DNA of 61,947 bases, the filler included. It is 9 parts of 9 records of this genome, joined end to end, with 100 filler letters (N's around TTAATTAATTAA, not from the genome) between each part and the next. Parts side by side here need not be neighbours in the genome. Positions count along the whole stretch, not along the records: positions 56,382 to 61,947 come from SRR7504441_6882; 8 more parts are not named here. One strand, 5' to 3'. Both the position numbers and the translations under genes were made by a program. The notes beneath the pieces are model-generated. The model was not told where the DNA came from and made no database searches. It saw only the letters and a program-made list of their open reading frames with translations. Of the stretch, positions 59,823 through 61,947 are shown piece by piece; the stretch's first letter is position 1, and each line of letters opens with the position of its first letter.

Positions 59823-60101
59823 ATGAGCGAGCACCCTCTGACGGTCCACCTGTTCATCCAAGCGGTGCTCGCGGACACAAGCACAAGAGACTGCGGCGTT
59901 TTCCATCTCGATGGCAGCACTACTGTGAAGCAGTTCCTGTCGCAGCTTGCGGAGCGGGAGGGCTTCGACCCCGCTGAGGTGAATTTGACCCCCATAGTAA
60001 ACGGAAAGGCTTGTGATGGCTACGCTCCAGAGCAGACGCTTGCATCTCTCGGTGTGGAGCACCGCAGCAAGCTCGGAGTGAGGTTAACCCTTGTCCGCTG
60101 A
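59823..60101 (+). CDS. 92-aa ubiquitin-like (beta-grasp) protein without C-terminal diglycine
   Basis: TTVKQF--QLAEREGF, IVNGK and EQTLASLGV----L-V-L follow ubiquitin-fold spacing. Confidence 0.6.
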   Translation: MSEHPLTVHLFIQAVLADTSTRDCGVFHLDGSTTVKQFLSQLAEREGFDPAEVNLTPIVNGKACDGYAPEQTLASLGVEHRSKLGVRLTLVR

Positions 60102-60172
60102 CGCCGCATATCTGGCTGAAGAAGCGAGAATGCCGTCAATGATCACCTTCCTGCTGCGGACAAGGGTTAACC

Positions 60173-60499
60173 TCACCGGGGTGTGGCCAACTGGTGCCTA
60201 GGCCTTCTTGTTGAGGATGGTGACGAGTCCCGGTCGAGCTTGCCCGACAGGATGACGTGCACGTCGGCGGCGTTGGCCTTCTGGTCCAGGAGGGTGATGA
60301 CGTCGGCTATGTTGGCCTGGCCGCTCTCGGCCGCCGACCGCCGCACCTCGCCCAGCACCTGCCGCTTCATCTCATGCAGGCTCTCGTCGATGAGCTCCGC
60401 CACTTCGTGGCGATTCGCCTTGACCGCCGTGGCCATGCTGTCCACGTCGACCTTGCCCTTGAGCACAGGTGCCGAGGTGCCGATTAAAATCGTGCACAA
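60173..60499 (-). CDS. short helical hypothetical protein or gene fragment
   Basis: GC-rich frame with repeated L--K-D/N--DV motifs; no clear ATG. Confidence 0.3.
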   Translation of the reverse strand: MCTILIGTSAPVLKGKVDVDSMATAVKANRHEVAELIDESLHEMKRQVLGEVRRSAAESGQANIADVITLLDQKANAADVHVILSGKLDRDSSPSSTRRPRHQLATPR

Positions 60500-60552
60500 T
60501 ATTTTAAAAATATGTGTAATAATTTACACGCCTATCACTTATTAGTCTATGA

Positions 60553-61782
60553 TCACGACCCCTCACGGCTCTCTCTGACTGATCCCCCGAGTACACCGCC
60601 AAATGCATTTGGTCCTAATATTTGCCACTCGACGCTACCGATTTGATCGTAGCACGGAATCAGGAACGCATGGAGTACCATTCTGACCTGGTCGCTCACC
60701 TGGGTGAAAGCTCCCACCCTGTGCCAGCGCTGGGACTCTACTAATATCGCCTTGCCTTCGCTATGCCTTAGCACTGTTGGTTTGGCCGTTGAGTCTAGGA
60801 ACTCAAACGTGGCGCCACCCAGAGGCAGGCGGAGGGCCACTAGCAAGCTCAACTGGTGATCCCACACACAGCGAGCCTGCGCCCAGCCCTGCCGATGCCG
60901 CAGAGAGGCGAGCAGTCCGGCCCGCCGGTCAGCCCAGAGCAGGTTGTCTGTGTGCAGATCGTTGGCTTCACGATGCAGCGTGAACACACTGGCATAATGC
61001 ATGATGAACACTGGTGGCCAGCTCTCGTGCTTGTGCAGCCGGGCCGGGCTGCCCAGCTCGCGCTCTACCGCCGCCTGCAATGAGTTCATCACATCTGCCA
61101 TGCTCTGGCCACTGATCTCTCCAAACAAGTCCTGTTGCGGCCCATTGAGCAAGAAATCGCCCCATACCGCCTGGCCGTACTTCCGGCCGAACAGGAACAG
61201 CCCAGTGCCCCGCGAGAGCCCGGCTGCGTACGTCCAGTTAGGCATTGCAGCCTCGACTCGACCCGCCACCGCTGCGGCCTCGGTCTGACTCCAGATGGGC
61301 AGGAGCTGCATCGGCAGCCCCCCGCTGATATTGGCCAGCGGCGACTGCTCCGGCCGGGCCTCCCACTCGGCGATCTTGCGCAGCCGGGCCTCCGACTGGA
61401 CGACTTGTTCATGGCCGGTCAGGTATGGCTGGACGGCCTGCAACGCCCACCGGCCGGCCGGCCCCCCGATCACCCAGGTCATAAGCCAGTAGCCGCCGGC
61501 GGTAGCCAGCAGGGCCACAAACGCCATCCAGCCCCAGCGGTGGTACCGGGCCCGCTTGTATGGCACCCGCCGCGGCTGGCAGCCCAAGCAGCCGACCGCC
61601 ACCGCCAGGCAGGCCAGCGCAGTCCAGCATAGCACAATGACTCGCCCGCCGGAGAGCGCCATGCCGGCGCCGGCCGGTAGGGTAGCGAGCGGGCTGTGCA
61701 GCAGGCCGACCTCCGGCAGGTAGATGAACTGCTGGTCGCCGCAGCAGCGGAGCCCCGAGAAAAACCAGCCAGCAGCAGCCAT
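60553..61782 (-). CDS. membrane-anchored 2OG-Fe(II) dioxygenase-like protein
   Basis: Two N-terminal TM helices, HxD (LHTD), LSLLVAL-LP-GGA-FEF, distal His (WHRVG) and Arg (RMVLHAF). Confidence 0.7.
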   Translation of the reverse strand: MAAAGWFFSGLRCCGDQQFIYLPEVGLLHSPLATLPAGAGMALSGGRVIVLCWTALACLAVAVGCLGCQPRRVPYKRARYHRWGWMAFVALLATAGGYWLMTWVIGGPAGRWALQAVQPYLTGHEQVVQSEARLRKIAEWEARPEQSPLANISGGLPMQLLPIWSQTEAAAVAGRVEAAMPNWTYAAGLSRGTGLFLFGRKYGQAVWGDFLLNGPQQDLFGEISGQSMADVMNSLQAAVERELGSPARLHKHESWPPVFIMHYASVFTLHREANDLHTDNLLWADRRAGLLASLRHRQGWAQARCVWDHQLSLLVALRLPLGGATFEFLDSTAKPTVLRHSEGKAILVESQRWHRVGAFTQVSDQVRMVLHAFLIPCYDQIGSVEWQILGPNAFGGVLGGSVRESREGS

Positions 61783-61947
61783 CGTGCGCGGAGATATGAT
61801 ACGGCGCCAGAGTCCTCTTTATTAAATTTTGAGCTTAGCACTCGAATTAGAGTCGTATAGTCGGGGATGTTATGTGAGTAATTTTCAACATAGATCGTGA
61901 TTGCACTGGCTAGCTAATGGCTGGCATCGGCAATCGGTTAGATCTTT

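Noticed and set aside
496-61841. Numerous long overlapping antisense and alternate-frame ORFs
   Set aside because: Expected shadow ORFs in high-GC coding DNA; Arg/Pro/Ala-rich without motifs.
1-61947. CRISPR arrays, prokaryotic defence systems, transposases, rRNA/tRNA
   Set aside because: None seen. There is no repeat-spacer periodicity, and the DNA is intron-containing eukaryotic sequence.

Overview
This is eukaryotic nuclear DNA, not prokaryotic. Nine unrelated contigs of about 4-11 kb are joined by eight artificial 100-nt spacers (N44-TTAATTAATTAA-N44), so adjacency across a spacer means nothing. The genome is compact and GC-rich, uses the standard genetic code, and has very short intergenic regions with many head-to-head gene pairs. 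Genes are dense in tiny spliceosomal introns (mostly 36-45 nt), so most entries in the six-frame ORF track are fragments or shadow ORFs. Manual splicing recovers about 35 genes. These include NIP30/FAM192A, YhhN, a DHHC-like protein, a CBM9-like protein, PP2C, a secreted beta-helix protein, a DUF1749 hydrolase, a CDC48-family AAA ATPase, RPAP1, a TupA-like ATP-grasp protein, a trans-AT-type modular PKS fragment, a divergent myosin-IQ-EF-hand protein, GH105, CSTF2, an RCC1-MORN-EF-hand protein, POLR1D/AC19, STT3, NFS1, two kinesins, a G6P 1-epimerase and a 2OG-Fe(II) oxygenase. The most notable observations are: (1) ~40-nt introns with G-rich rather than pyrimidine-rich 3' ends and several GC donors; (2) a recurrent non-coding 8-mer, TACGAGTA; (3) an oriented CCGTTR motif just upstream of start codons; (4) an AAA ATPase with E->Q in both Walker B motifs; and (5) a myosin with a ~280-aa insertion after a degenerate switch II. 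The source is probably an uncultured flagellate protist, but I cannot assign its taxonomy. All family assignments come from motif recognition, not database searches.
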